The translations under genes and the position numbers were made by a program. A stretch of DNA of 62,996 bases, the filler included. It is 13 parts of 13 records of this genome, joined end to end, with 100 filler letters (N's around TTAATTAATTAA, not from the genome) between each part and the next. Parts side by side here need not be neighbours in the genome. Positions count along the whole stretch, not along the records: positions 8,572 to 15,091 come from SRR7504441_16865; positions 15,192 to 19,061 come from SRR7504441_16868; positions 19,162 to 26,544 come from SRR7504441_16869; 10 more parts are not named here. One strand, given 5' to 3'. This document shows positions 11,671 to 23,035 of the stretch, in pieces. Positions within the stretch are counted from its first letter, which is position 1. The number at the start of each line of letters is the position of its first letter. Below the pieces are notes generated by a model. It was not told where the DNA came from, made no database searches, and saw nothing but the letters and a program-made list of their open reading frames with translations.

Positions 11671-14600
11671 ATGGAGCCGGACTGCGCCCCATTCCAGCAG
11701 GCCTCGCGGGGGAACCAGCTGCGGGTGCTTCTGGCCGGTGCCTGCCCCCGGCCGGGCTGTGTTCCCACCGCCGGGCAGGCACCTCGCGGTCGGGCAAGTC
11801 CGTGCTGCTTCGCCAATTCCGGCTGATGGCTTCACACGACTTCAGCGACCCGCAGCGGCTGTACGGCCGGGTCGTGATCCATAACAACCTGATGCTCGGG
11901 CTCAAGCAAGCCGTGGGGATCGCCCAGGCTCACCAGTGCGCCCCGGTCCCCGCCGCCCGGCCAGCCGGTGCACCAGGTACGACGAGGGGCTCTCCGAGCG
12001 GTACCACAGCGAGTGCCAGCAGGCAGCCCGGGGGCATCGGCAGCCTGGACGGTGCGGGGCAGCTGCTGGCCCTGGGGGATACGGCCACGCTGGACCACGC
12101 GCGAGGCAAGCTGCTCTCGGGGATTTGGGGCGAGCTCAAGCACACGCTAGATAACCGGTTCGCGGATATGCTCGAGGTCAGGCCAGCGGCGGGCCGGCCG
12201 AGCCCTGGGCAGGCGGGCACGCTGTTCTCGATGGACGCGCTGTCGGGGCTGTTGGATGACCTGGACCGAATAGCCGACAGTGCGCCCACACGGCACACGC
12301 TGCGGTGAGCGGGATGCAGGCGGGTACACCCCGACCGTGCGGGACATGATGCTGATGCGGCACCGGTCAGCGCGCTGCCTTGGGGGAGCGCCAGCCTGGG
12401 GCCAGTGATTACCTGAAGGACGAGATTTACGATGAGACACTCGCGATATCGGCAGCCGACCTCACATTCCGACGCCCAGACCTCAAGTGGCGCGCCGCGG
12501 GGCCGGATGGGAGCCGGGGGCAGGACGGGCGATTCAGTGGACGTTGTGCTCTATCTGGTTGGGCTGGCAGACCTGGACGGGTCTCGTAGGACTGCATCGC
12601 AGATGGACGATCTCGTGGAGGTGTATCTCCGGCGCACAGCCAGCGCACAGCGGCGGCAGGTGATCAAGAGTGAGTGTCTAGCGCTCTCAAGGACCCCAGC
12701 TGCCAAGCGTGCCCACTTCTTTGTAGTTTTGACCAAGCTGGACCTGTTTGGGGCCGACACACCTGTGCTGGCAGAGGCTGAGGCGCAGGTGCTAGTTCAT
12801 GGCTGTGTGTTGTGATGAGCGGTTTCAGGTTAAGAAGAGCCTGGGCTGGCGGCTGGACGATGTTATGGCCGCCGTGGAGGCGGATCGTGGGGCTATATTC
12901 ACGCATGCGTGTGTCTGCACCACTCTGTCGACGATGCATGTGCTCGTGCCTGCCGGAACGGGCTGATTGAATGGCAGATGTTCACACTCTTGTCCAGGAT
13001 GAAGCGGGCGCTTGCCGAGCAGAGTGACACGCCGGGGGGTTGCCCAACTGACCGCGGTTATCTGCAGCGGGGGTTCCGTTGCCGTCCACTTCGGAAGGAC
13101 TGGAGCGAGTGCAGCTGGCAGTGCCGTTGTTATGTGGACACTGTGAGAAGGTGCGCAGCTGGTCGCAGCCGTGCGAACGAGGGCAGGCTCCGGCGTTGTT
13201 GCACTGCGAGCGGTGTGACTGCAGCTTCTGCAGCTCCTGCTCGGCTAAGGTCCACCAAGGGCGGCTACAGAGCCACAAATTAAGTAACTTCTCGCCTTTA
13301 AAGGTGAGCTGCCATCAGCCAGTCAGGCCAGCGGATGACAGGAGAACTGGCCGCTGCCATGCCCGATTCATCGCGGCCAGATACGCAGGTTTGCGTCCCA
13401 GCTTGATGCAAAGGTGCAGATTGGCACAGCTGCTCCCAAGCTGGGCGGCAGGTGGGCTGCTCGCACTGTTTCCTCACTGGCGGCCCGCTGGCTGGGCACC
13501 CCTGTACAGAACTGAGCAGCGTGTGGGGCGAGGCGAGCCTGGCCTAGCTGGTTGAGCCGTGACTGGCCGGTCAGGTCGAGCACAAGTATCAGTTCATCTT
13601 CGACCAGAAGCCTCGGCTGGTGGCTGAGATCGATCAGCGGAACGGGCTGGTGGAGGAAATAGATCAGCTGCACCTGAGCGCCCAGAAGCAGATCGTCGAC
13701 CAATTCTTGCAGTTGGAGCGGTTGCTCAGCCGGAAGCGAGCAGAGCAGCTGGAGACGCTAGATCTGGTAGAGCCGCTCCGGGCTGGGCTGACGGCTTGGC
13801 AGCTGTGCCTGTACCGCCGGAAGCAGGCAGAGTTTGAGATGGACCAAATGGAGCACGCGCTCAGCCTAGTTAACGTTGACATCAAACAGCTGCACATGTT
13901 CGTTTGCGAGCAGTCCAACGCGCTTAACCGGAAGGTGCCCAGCAGCCCCTGTGAGTGCTCAGCCCTGTCGGCAGCCAACCCCGGAACAAACTGCCAGTTT
14001 CTGCTCACTCGACGCCGTCCGCAGATTTGCTGAGACCCAGCGGAGCGACGAGCTGTCGCCGGGCCGCGGTGCATCGCTCTGCCAGGTGAATTGACCTGGA
14101 CCGGCGGTGTAAGACGGGCTGGGCAGCTGCCGCACCAGCTGGACACGACTGGAGTGAAGGCCGCGCTCGAGGCGATGGAGCTCGAAGCTGACCCGCCTTT
14201 GCACGAGCAGCTGCAGCTCTCGAAGGCACCGGGTAGGCAGGTGCAGCTCTGAGTTTGTCATGGCAGGTCGAGCTCGAGAGGAGGCAGCGGCCAGCGCCTG
14301 GAGCAGCGGTTGGGTCGAGTGTGACCACGCCAGAGGCCGAGGCCGCAACTGAGTAAACAGGCCAGTGTTGCAACCCATGATGGCTGTCTCAGGTATGAGT
14401 ACTACTATCAGCTTCAATTAGCAGGACAGCTCGACTTTACGGCGCTCGACTACTTGGGAATTCTCCGGGTGTGCTCAGTGGACAGGAAAGGCCGCCAGGT
14501 GCTGTTCTAGCCAACCGAAACATCTTGCTCTGTCGAGATGAGGCGTTGTCCTTATCTGACACTGAGTAGGTGATTCGGCTGTCTGGTGCAACAATTCAGG

Positions 14601-15046
14601 GCTCATCGGATATAGCGCTGCTCATTCCCTATCTAATGCATAGTCTAGATCCATACGTGGCTAACGATTATGTAATTGTCTCGATACACAGCCCGGTGAG
14701 TGTTGGGTGGGTGTGCTGTCGAGAATGACCGGTGCAGCTTCTAATGGCTCATCTAGAAGTCTCCCAACTCCGAAGCGTGGCCAGAATGCTTCCAAGCAAG
14801 TACAATGACAACCTGCGGCAGATCCTGGTGAGGCTTTGCAGCTGTATGCGCGCAGAGTGATCTCGGGCCTAGGTGGTGGGCGCGAGTACAGGATTCCGGC
14901 TGGGGATGCGCCTGAACTACCCGTTCATGAGCAACGAGGTCTGGCAGAGCATAAAGTATGTCAAGAACCTTGACGAGCTGGATAAGTACCTAGATGTAGA
15001 CCAGTTGTGCCTCCCTCCCGACGGGAGCCAAACCGGTGCTGGATAG
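11671..15046 (+). CDS. Degenerate G-protein alpha domain + two B-boxes + coiled coil + BCH/CRAL-TRIO fusion protein (about 18 introns)
   Basis: Spliced: RVLLAGTSRSGKSVLLRQF (G1), LDRIADSGYTPTVRDMMLMR, VLYLVGLADLD, FVVLTKLDLF (G4), IFTHACVCT (G5). Then CGHCEK..HCERCDCSFCSSCSAKVH..H, CPIH..CSHC..GHPC, a coiled coil, and VDRKGRQVI..LDPYVANDYVIV..IKYVKNLDELDKYL. Stop TAG at 15044-15046. Confidence 0.8.
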
Positions 15047-15191
15047 CTACGGTGGATTTGAGTGGCTTTACACGATATCGGTGGGCAGCAGNNNNNNNNN
15101 NNNNNNNNNNNNNNNNNNNNNNNNNNNNNNNNNNNTTAATTAATTAANNNNNNNNNNNNNNNNNNNNNNNNNNNNNNNNNNNNNNNNNNNN

Positions 15192-17267
15192 ATGTTCTAT
15201 GATACCTTCTGTGTACCTAGCGTGATTCGTCTGTTTGGCGGCGCGCCAATTCTGACTCAGTTTCGCGTCTGGGACGCGATCCTGGCAGTGGGCCCACACA
15301 CATTAGTGTCCTCAGTGCTGGCGGTCATAGCCATGCATGAGATGGTTCTGCTATCGGCTTTCACTTTTGCGAGTCTGAACACGACTCTTCGACATTGCAT
15401 GGAGGCCTGTTATGACGCCGACGAGCTGATGGATCTCTCGCATGCGATCTGCATGTAAGTACTGACTTGCACTGTAGTTTGGGCTTAAATGGGAGCCTGA
15501 GACGCTCAATGTAGCTTACTGGTGTGCTGTGCAGCAAAACTAGATTGGAGGAACGGTGGCTGCATGATTACATGCCAGCACTACATCGGTTGGCCTGCGA
15601 TGAGTTGCTCCGCACCTCTCAGGCCGGGAACGTCCAAGCTGTCTGCGACTTGCTTCAGGGCCACTTTGCACATAACAGCCCCAAGCACGCAGTTGGGCAC
15701 GGCGGACTGGCTCCACTGCACGCTGCATTCATGTCGCAATGGCCCCCGGGAGCCGGCGGCTCAATATTTGACCAAGTGCAGCGATTTGGTGAGGCGACCG
15801 CCGCACGTTCTGCCACAGTCGAGCACTTAGTGCAGTGCAGCTCGATTGACGTCAACAGCGCCACTTGCGAGGTGGCTGCCATACTGGATTGGCAGTAAAT
15901 GTGGTGGTTTGTAGGGGGTGACTGCGCTGCACATGGCAGCCTGCACAATCATTCCTGCCGAGCAGGACCAAGGCCATGCTTCGTGCAGGTCCAACCCAGA
16001 GCCGTCCTCCCGTTCTGATCGGAATCGTCATGCAGGCAGCTGCTGGCTCATGGGGCGGATTTGTTTGCGCGCTGCATCGACGGGCGGACTGCTCTGCACA
16101 CCGCTGCCTCAGTTGGAGCCACGCACGCTATAGCTGAGCTGGTGAGGGCGGCTTCTGAGCAGGAGGTTGTGGTGGAGCTATTGAGATCTCGGATGGTCGG
16201 CGGGTTTACGCCGCTGCATCTTGCAGCCTCGGGCAGTGACTGCGATGGCGATTTCACCCGGTCGGTGCGGGCGTTGCTCAAGTTCGGGGCCGAGATCGAG
16301 ATCGAGGCCGCACTTGGGCTGACAGCGCTCCAGATGGCAGCGCACGCGGGCGACCCCACGGTGGGCCAGCTGGCTGAGGCGGGCTCACCCAATCCAGGTG
16401 GTTTCAGCGCTGGTGAGTTGCGGTGCAAGTTTGGAGCATGCGACCCAGCCTACTGGGCTGACGGCGCTGCACTTGGCCGCTGTGATGGGCAACTCGACCA
16501 CAGTGATTGTGCTCTTGAAGGTGCCCAGCCGGCTTGCGACTGGGCGTGCGACTAGTGCTGCAGGCCAGGGCGTCGGCCTCTGCCCAGTCTGCCACCGGGT
16601 GCACGGCCAACATGCTAGCCGCCCGGAACGAGCACCTCCAGCTGCGCGACATGCTCCGGGTGGCCCAGGAGGCTCAGCTCCGCGGGCGTGGGGCCGAGCT
16701 CACTGCCGCTTCGGTTGAGCAGCTCGACTCGCTGCTTGAGGAGCCTTTCGCGGTGGCTCGCGTCGCGGTTTGGGCTGAGCTTTAGGGTCTCAGGTGCACC
16801 AGTTCGACGCCTTCTTGCTCTGGAGCTACCCGGAAGGCCGGCGGCTGGTCTGCCTGCTCGAGGACTGCGCCGGGGTCATCCGGCATGCGCTCAGGTACCA
16901 GCAAGCCCGCAAGCCGCTGCTCGGTCGGTTCGGGATCCCAACTAGTGCGATGCAACAGTGGCAAGCTACTAAGGACCATTTCACGAATGCATGGGCCAGC
17001 CTGCACCAGAGCTACCTGGACGCCAGCTCGCTCCAGCAACTCGGGCTTCTGCGCAATGGGGTGGAGGTGCCGTCGGCTGACTGCGAGGTGGTGGAGCAGA
17101 TCGTAGCTCTTGTGAACCGAGTCCGGCTCGACGCGCTGACAACACTACAACCGTCTTTCGATACTTTTCTTGGCACCAAAGAGCACGAGGAGCTCCTCAA
17201 CCAAATGGCAGAATTAGACTTAGTGCCTGGCTGGATCCAGCGACGTGTTGCAATGAATGTGGGCTAG
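15192..17267 (+). CDS. TBC (Rab-GAP) C-terminal part + ankyrin repeats + RGS-like domain; 5'-truncated
   Basis: RVWDAILAVG..CYDADELM (TBC end). GLAPLHAA, GRTALHTAA, GFTPLHLAA, GLTALHLAA (ankyrin). LDSLLEEP..HQFDAFL..YLDASS..LQPSFDTFLGT (RGS-like). Confidence 0.72.
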
Positions 17268-17440
17268 TTAATCGCGAAGTTTCGTATAAGTTTGCGTATG
17301 AGTAGTTGCAAGGATATGAAACCAGCATGTGAGAGCGGAATAATTTAATTAATTCAGCTCCGTTTTGGCTCCTTGATGGCGCATGCGGTCATTCGGCAGC
17401 AGTATTAAGCTTGTGCCTGCCGATGCTCGTAGCGGCCAGC

Positions 17441-18427
17441 CTAATCCCGCCGCAAGTCGTTCAAGATGTACCGGTTCTTCTGGTCGAGGCTTGCCTGAAC
17501 CAACGCTCGCCCTGGCCCAACTGTCGGGGGCACCTCGAGCTGCCTGATCCGCTCCTCGAGCTGTTTGACCGTCTTGGAGGGCGATCCGCCGGGGCTCATC
17601 GAGCCATCGAGCGACGGCACTTGCAGCTGCCAGGGGGTCAGGCCAGCCCATGGGCCGCAGCTGCCTGCATCTGGAGCTGCGACACCTCCTGCTTAGCCTT
17701 GAGCAGCCGCTCCTTGAGCTTGTTCCGCTCCACCCGCTGCCAGGCAAGCTCGTTTGTTGGCTCAGCCCGGGGCGCACCATGATCTCAAGCTGTGCCTTCA
17801 CCTTCTCAAGCTCCTCGCGCAGCCGATCCGACATCTGTTGCGCGTTCACTAGCTCCTCCTCCAGCTTGCCGGTCTGCCCCCCGGCTCGCCGCTTGTCCCT
17901 GCCGGCCGGCCACCACGTCGTCATTTCCTCCCTCCATCGCGGCCAGCCTGGCCTCCAGCTCCCTAATACGCTCGTCCCGCTTCCGGAAGCCCTGCCCGAC
18001 GCTCGGCCGACCGACCGGGCCGGGGCGCGCCTCGTCCCGCTCGGCGATCAAGGCGTCCAGCTCGTCTTGCAGCCGCTCGTTCTCCAGCCTGGCCGGGCGG
18101 TCGGCAATCGTAGCCCCAGGCTGTTACCGCGTCTCCTCGATCTGCTTCTGGCACTCGGCCATCATGGCCTCCACCTTCTTGATCTGGCCGCGGCGCTTGC
18201 CGCCGGTCTCGAGTTGCTCGTGCAGCAGGGCGTTCTCTTCCTCCAGGTGCGAGATCTTGATCTTGAGTTCCTCCACCTCGTTCTTCAGTTTGTCTATCCT
18301 GAACCCCTCGCTCTTCGGGGACAGCCCGCCATCGTTCTTCGCCGCCCGCTCCGAGGCGTACTTCATTAAACCTGCCCGCCGCCCCGTCAACCCCCGGCCG
18401 CGCCCCGCCCGCCTGACCGTCAGACAT
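17441..18427 (-). CDS. Coiled-coil protein, multi-exon
   Basis: MSDG|LMKYASER..KLKNEVEELKIKISHLEEEN..RIRELEARL..LEERIRQLE..LNDLRRD-stop after removing short introns. Confidence 0.65.
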
Positions 18428-18523
18428 GGTGGACCCTCCTCAACTAGCCGTGCCCTGCAGCAACTGCCGTTCCAACGGACTTTTATCGGCCTTCCTCTTC
18501 CCCCGACAGTGAATGGACGAGTG

Positions 18524-18902
18524 ATGGGTACCGCGGGCAGCTGCACCGGGGGGAAGAAGGACCGGTCGGACCGTTCGGTGGCGAGCTCCTCGACGCCCAC
18601 CGTCCCGTTCAGCCCGGCCGCGGCTGGCCCGGCCCCCGGACTGCTCGAGGCCGCCCGCGAGGTGCTGCCCGGCAGGCGGCGCTCAGTGGTGCGCAGTCCG
18701 ACAGCGACGGTGTGCGCAGGGCGTTGCAGCAGCCCGGGACAGATGTCAACATGGTGGATACGGTGGGCCTGCCGCTAGTCCGGGCTACAGCGCCGGTCAG
18801 GAGTACGGCTCAACGGCGCTGATGTGGGCGTGCTCGGTCGGTTCGGACGACAGCATTTATTGTCTCCAGACTCAAACCTACGCTCCTACAGTCCTACCGT
18901 AG
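18524..18902 (+). pseudogene. Truncated ankyrin-repeat gene with a myristoylation-like N-terminus (disrupted or chimeric)
   Basis: MGTAGS.., LLEAARE|SDSDGVRRALQQPGTDVNMVDT|EYGSTALMWAC with two GT-AG mini-introns. Similarity stops in the second repeat and is followed by patchwork sequence. Confidence 0.6.
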
Positions 18903-18911
18903 TGTAGTGCT

Positions 18912-18980
18912 TCGTTCTTCAGTTTGTCTATCCTGAGCCCCTCGCTCTTCGACCTTCGGGGACAGTGCTAGGACAGTGCT
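18912..18980 (+). repeat. Local templated copy of 18278-18324 with micro-duplications
   Basis: 18912-18951 matches 18278-18317 at 39/40 nt, then cttcggggacag restarts and ggacagtgct occurs twice. Confidence 0.85.
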
Positions 18981-19161
18981 CATCACGATCGTTTGCGCGC
19001 CTAAGCATGCGCCTAGGCCTTCGACGCGTACTTAGCAGTCGGCGCTCCGCCTGTACTCTCGNNNNNNNNNNNNNNNNNNNNNNNNNNNNNNNNNNNNNNN
19101 NNNNNTTAATTAATTAANNNNNNNNNNNNNNNNNNNNNNNNNNNNNNNNNNNNNNNNNNNN

Positions 19162-21812
19162 TGGTTGCCAAACTGACTCCAAAACAGCCCAGACACCGCA
19201 TCAAACCTGCGGGCGAGCGTGGCAGCGTCCGTGTGCTTCTCAAGCGCGGTAGCAATCTCTGACAACTGGGCCAATGCCAGAATCGTATAGAACGCCGAGC
19301 ACATTTCGGCCGGAGTTGTTTCCTTTGGCCAGTGTGGCAGGCTGGGGATTTGGGTGACCGGTATCCAGTCGCCTAGCCCGGCGCACTTGTTTAGCCCGTC
19401 AGTGCTGCACGGCTGGCGATCCCAGTACGCCAGCAAGTCAAGCAGACCTTCCCAGTGCTCTTGAATCAACAAGGTGTTGCCATAAGCTCTGAACGCGTTG
19501 TAGGCAATCACAGGGTACGCAGCCTGCCAGACTGTGGATCCCGGGAAAGCCCCGTAGGGTCCTGTTGTGAAGGGCACCACGTCAGGGATCGAGCCACGGT
19601 GCAGATCAGGGTCGGCACAAGAGCCCCCGCCCTCGCCCATCGGAGTCTCGCACCCGATCAGCTGGTCATCTCGGATCAGCCTCAGGAAGTTGACATAAAA
19701 CGCCTCCATGTCGTGGTTGAGCATGGCTTCGTTGCTCGACATCTGGGCGTCCCCCATCCAGCCTCGTCGCTCCCGCTGAGGACAGTCGGTCGGTATGCTG
19801 TACAGATTGGACCGCTGGGCGTACACAGTCGCCGATTGGGCCCGGTTGAGCACGTCAGCAGTTCCGCTGGGATGGCCGGCTATGGACGGCAGGTTAACCT
19901 GGCCCACAACTGGCACGTCTGTGTGCACAAAGTGCTGGATGAGCGTGCTCACTGTCGGAGTCTCGCCAGCAGGCAGCCCCCAGATCTGGGCATATCGGAA
20001 GCCAGCATACATAAACTCCGGCTGGTACGACTCGACTCGGCCTGTGCCGGCCATGATGTAGAGATTGGTCTGGTTGGCGCAGTTGCCACCCCAGATCTTA
20101 CTAGAGTTTAGCACCCCTGCCCCAACAAAGCTATTGCAATTGGTGCAACCCTCATCCATTGGAGAGCCCGGCTGTACCTCCGAGTTGCTGCAGTAGCCGT
20201 TCTTAACAGACACCTGTGGGGCGTCGTCGGTTGGAATCGCCTGCAGCGTCTCGGCGTGCCTCACATATATTTTGGTTCCGACCGGCCCGGTGGCATGAAT
20301 CGATGTGAACCCTGCGACATTTTGTCCGAAATCGAATACATAACTGGTCTCGTTCAGTGGGAGCGGGTGGGGTGGCGGGGACGGCATGGCTCGACAGCCG
20401 GAGGCTATGACCACCAGCCGTTTCAGGCTGTTAGGGCACGGGTCAACTCCTCCAAACGCCCCCACCCTCGGGGCTATCTTACAGCTCGTCCTGCCCAGGC
20501 ATAGTCTGGCCACGTACGCCGACGCATTGGGCACGCCACACTGGCCGTGACTGGCGTTGGCGCAGCCTCGCGCGAGTGTCGGCTCTCCGAAGTCGGCGAA
20601 GTCGATCTGTTCTATCTTGCCAGAGCCCGGAGCGCAAGCCAATGTGAGCTCTGCTTTGCCGAACTGATCCTCTGAGATCTCCCCGCCGATCCTGTGGCCG
20701 GTGCAGGTGACCGGGGTGTAGCCATTCCTACTATGGTCAATCTTGGTGATTTTGACCGCATTCCTGCTCTCGGTTATCCTGATCGGTGGCAGTTGCGAGG
20801 CGGTCAGCGCTGAGTCTGGCACCCCTCTCGGCTGGAACAGCGCCACTGGCTGCCATTCAGGACTAGTCTCACGGTTCAGCGGGGCTGAGTCCCAGCCCGG
20901 GAGCAGCCGGCGTGCGTCAAATATCTCGCCATGATATTCGTGGTCATACTGCAACGGCCCACTCCGGCCAAGCCATCCAGCGGTCGAGCTGTAGTGTGTT
21001 ACAGTCGTGCCATCCGAGAGCTCTGCTACAAGCTGCATCCGGAACCCGAGGCAGGCGTCCCTCGTGTGCCCTGCATCGGTCATGTTGCACCAGACGTCCA
21101 TGTAGCCATACTTGTAATGCCCCAGCATCGCCCCGAACACGTGGGTCCGACCCGACGCGAGCCGGGAGGTGAGATCAAAGCTCGAGTACAGCAGCCGCTT
21201 GGGGTAGGCGCTCTGCGGAGGATCCAGCACGTGGTCGCCTACCCGCTGCCCGTCGAGTGACAAGACGAACGCACCCAGCCCGACAGCGTACGCCCGGGCC
21301 CGAACCACCCTACCACCCGCCGGCAGCGTCAGCTCGCTTCGCAGCTGGTTAGCGCCTCCGATCCACTCGGCGGGGCCCCAGCTCGCTTGGCTCGGCGCCG
21401 TGTCGAACAGTGCGCGAGCTGGCCCGCCGGCCGGGCCGCTGGTAGGCTGCACCTGCACTTGCAGCCAGAACGAGCCGTCTGCTGGGAGCTCTGGGATTGG
21501 CCGGGCCGACGCGCGCGGGGTAGGGCTGGTCACATTGCCTGATGACCACAAGATGGCCCCGGTGCGGGCGCAGCCGATGGTGGCCAGATAACCCGCCTGG
21601 CCGATCCCTCGCGGGGCCCCGGGCTGAGGCTCCAGGCGCCAGCTGAGCTCGAGCCCAGTGGTGGGCAACCCGAGGGTCGGGCCGGCCAGCGGCGGAATCT
21701 GAGCGTTCACACGGAGGTATGCGGCCTGCACGCTGCTCGCGGCGGGCTGGGCGAGCGCCAGCAGCGCTAGGCCCAACGAGCACACCACCCTGTCCCGGCA
21801 GTGCACGGCCAT
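19162..21812 (-). CDS. Alpha-L-rhamnosidase (GH78) with inserted SUEL/rhamnose-binding lectin domain; uninterrupted ORF, 3'-truncated
   Basis: Signal peptide; VFDFGQNVAG, FMYAGFRY, SIPTDCPQRERRGWMGDA and GLGDW motifs. Lectin insert FADFGEPT..CLGRTSC..FGGVDPCPNSLKRL. Confidence 0.92.
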
Positions 21813-21887
21813 CCGCAATAAAATTTTATTTATTGAGGAACGCCGAATGGGGAAGCACTAAGCACTGCTTGGGCCGGTGAGGACGGG

Positions 21888-22549
21888 ATGGCGGTCGGGC
21901 TGGTCGCGTGGGTGCTGGCAGCGGTGGTGCGGAGCTGCGCGGCGACCGAGTTCTGGCCCACCCAGGAATTCCAGCCGCTGGACGAGTACGACCCTTTCAT
22001 CGCCAACGGCACCCTGTACAAGATGGACGTGCCACCAGCCCCCGGGGTGCCCGATCAGCCAGGGGGCGCAGGAGGTGAACAGTGCGGCTGTGTTTGCGTC
22101 GTGCCGGTTTGACTGCATCCCAGTGCCGGATTATCACCGGGTTGTCAACGTAAACAACACGTATCAGGTGTGCGCCGCAGCGCCTGCTGGGAGAGCTGGG
22201 GCAGTGCCGCACGGACGCGGAGGTAAGAGCCGAGCTCCAGACAGGGGATGACGTGGTTATTATGAACCTGGCAAATCTGGGAACCACCACGACCACCGGG
22301 ATCTTCCTGGACACAAGCGCCTACTACCTGCTGGAGGACCACCGAAATGACAACTGCGCACGAATGTGTGTCGCCGAACCGCTAGGGGTGATCCAAGGGC
22401 AATTGACCCCTGACACCTACAAGTGGGTGGACATGGATTCCTTCGTGTGCGACGAGAACATGGTGCTGCTGGTGGACGACGTGCGTCAGATGGTGAGAGT
22501 GTTCACGTGGGAGAAGGGCACTTACTACCCGGATTACGTCCTCACTTGA
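21888..22549 (+). CDS. Small secreted protein, unknown function, 2 introns
   Basis: Signal peptide MAVGLVAWVLAAVVRSCAA; exon pieces join through short introns to the Cys-containing ORF 22253-22549. Confidence 0.6.
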
Positions 22550-22857
22550 CTAAATTCACATGCCAGTAGACTATCAGGGGCTGGCGCGGTGCCTGGAGCC
22601 CTGTGCCAGTTCCCGGCTGGGTCCTGGACCCATTGCTTTTGACCATCTGATCTGTACGCCAGCAGGTTGTTCGCGCTAGGCTCGTTGGACTTTGGATCGG
22701 ACCCTTGCCCGGCCTTGGGCTCGTAGAAGTGCGTGCGCGACTCGGTGGCTTGCACCTGGGGCGCGGCCGGCCCGGCGGCGTGCTGCCGGACCCAATGGTT
22801 GGACGAGGCCGCCAGCGGGTTGTCGAAGCTGCACGCGTTGCCCTTCCCGATCGACAT
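22534..22857 (-). CDS. Small hypothetical protein
   Basis: ATG ORF MSIGKGNACSFDNPL..QWVQDPAGNWHR; no family recognised. Confidence 0.45.
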   Translation of the reverse strand: MSIGKGNACSFDNPLAASSNHWVRQHAAGPAAPQVQATESRTHFYEPKAGQGSDPKSNEPSANNLLAYRSDGQKQWVQDPAGNWHRAPGTAPAPDSLLACEFSQVRT

Positions 22858-22959
22858 CGCCGCTTTTAATATCACTACCGGTAACGGCACCTCTCACCGA
22901 CAGCTGCAGTGCTCTTGCAGTGCTCTGACTACAAAGACATTAGTTTAACTTCGAGGATT

Positions 22960-23018
22960 AAACTACGTAGTAAGCGAAACCGTTCCCGAGTCAAAAAAAA
23001 AAAACTACGTAGTAAGCG
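22960..23018 (+). mobile_element. Micro retro-insertion: 17-bp target-site duplication around a 16-nt insert plus poly(A)
   Basis: aaactacgtagtaagcg at 22960-22976 and 23002-23018 flanks aaaccgttcccgagtc plus an A-run (A12 at 22993-23004). Confidence 0.6.
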
Positions 23019-23035
23019 CGGACTAAAGATACGGC

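Noticed and set aside
11671-17267. G-alpha fusion next to an RGS-containing gene as a signalling cluster
   Set aside because: The two genes are separated by an artificial spacer (15092-15191), so adjacency is not evidence of linkage.
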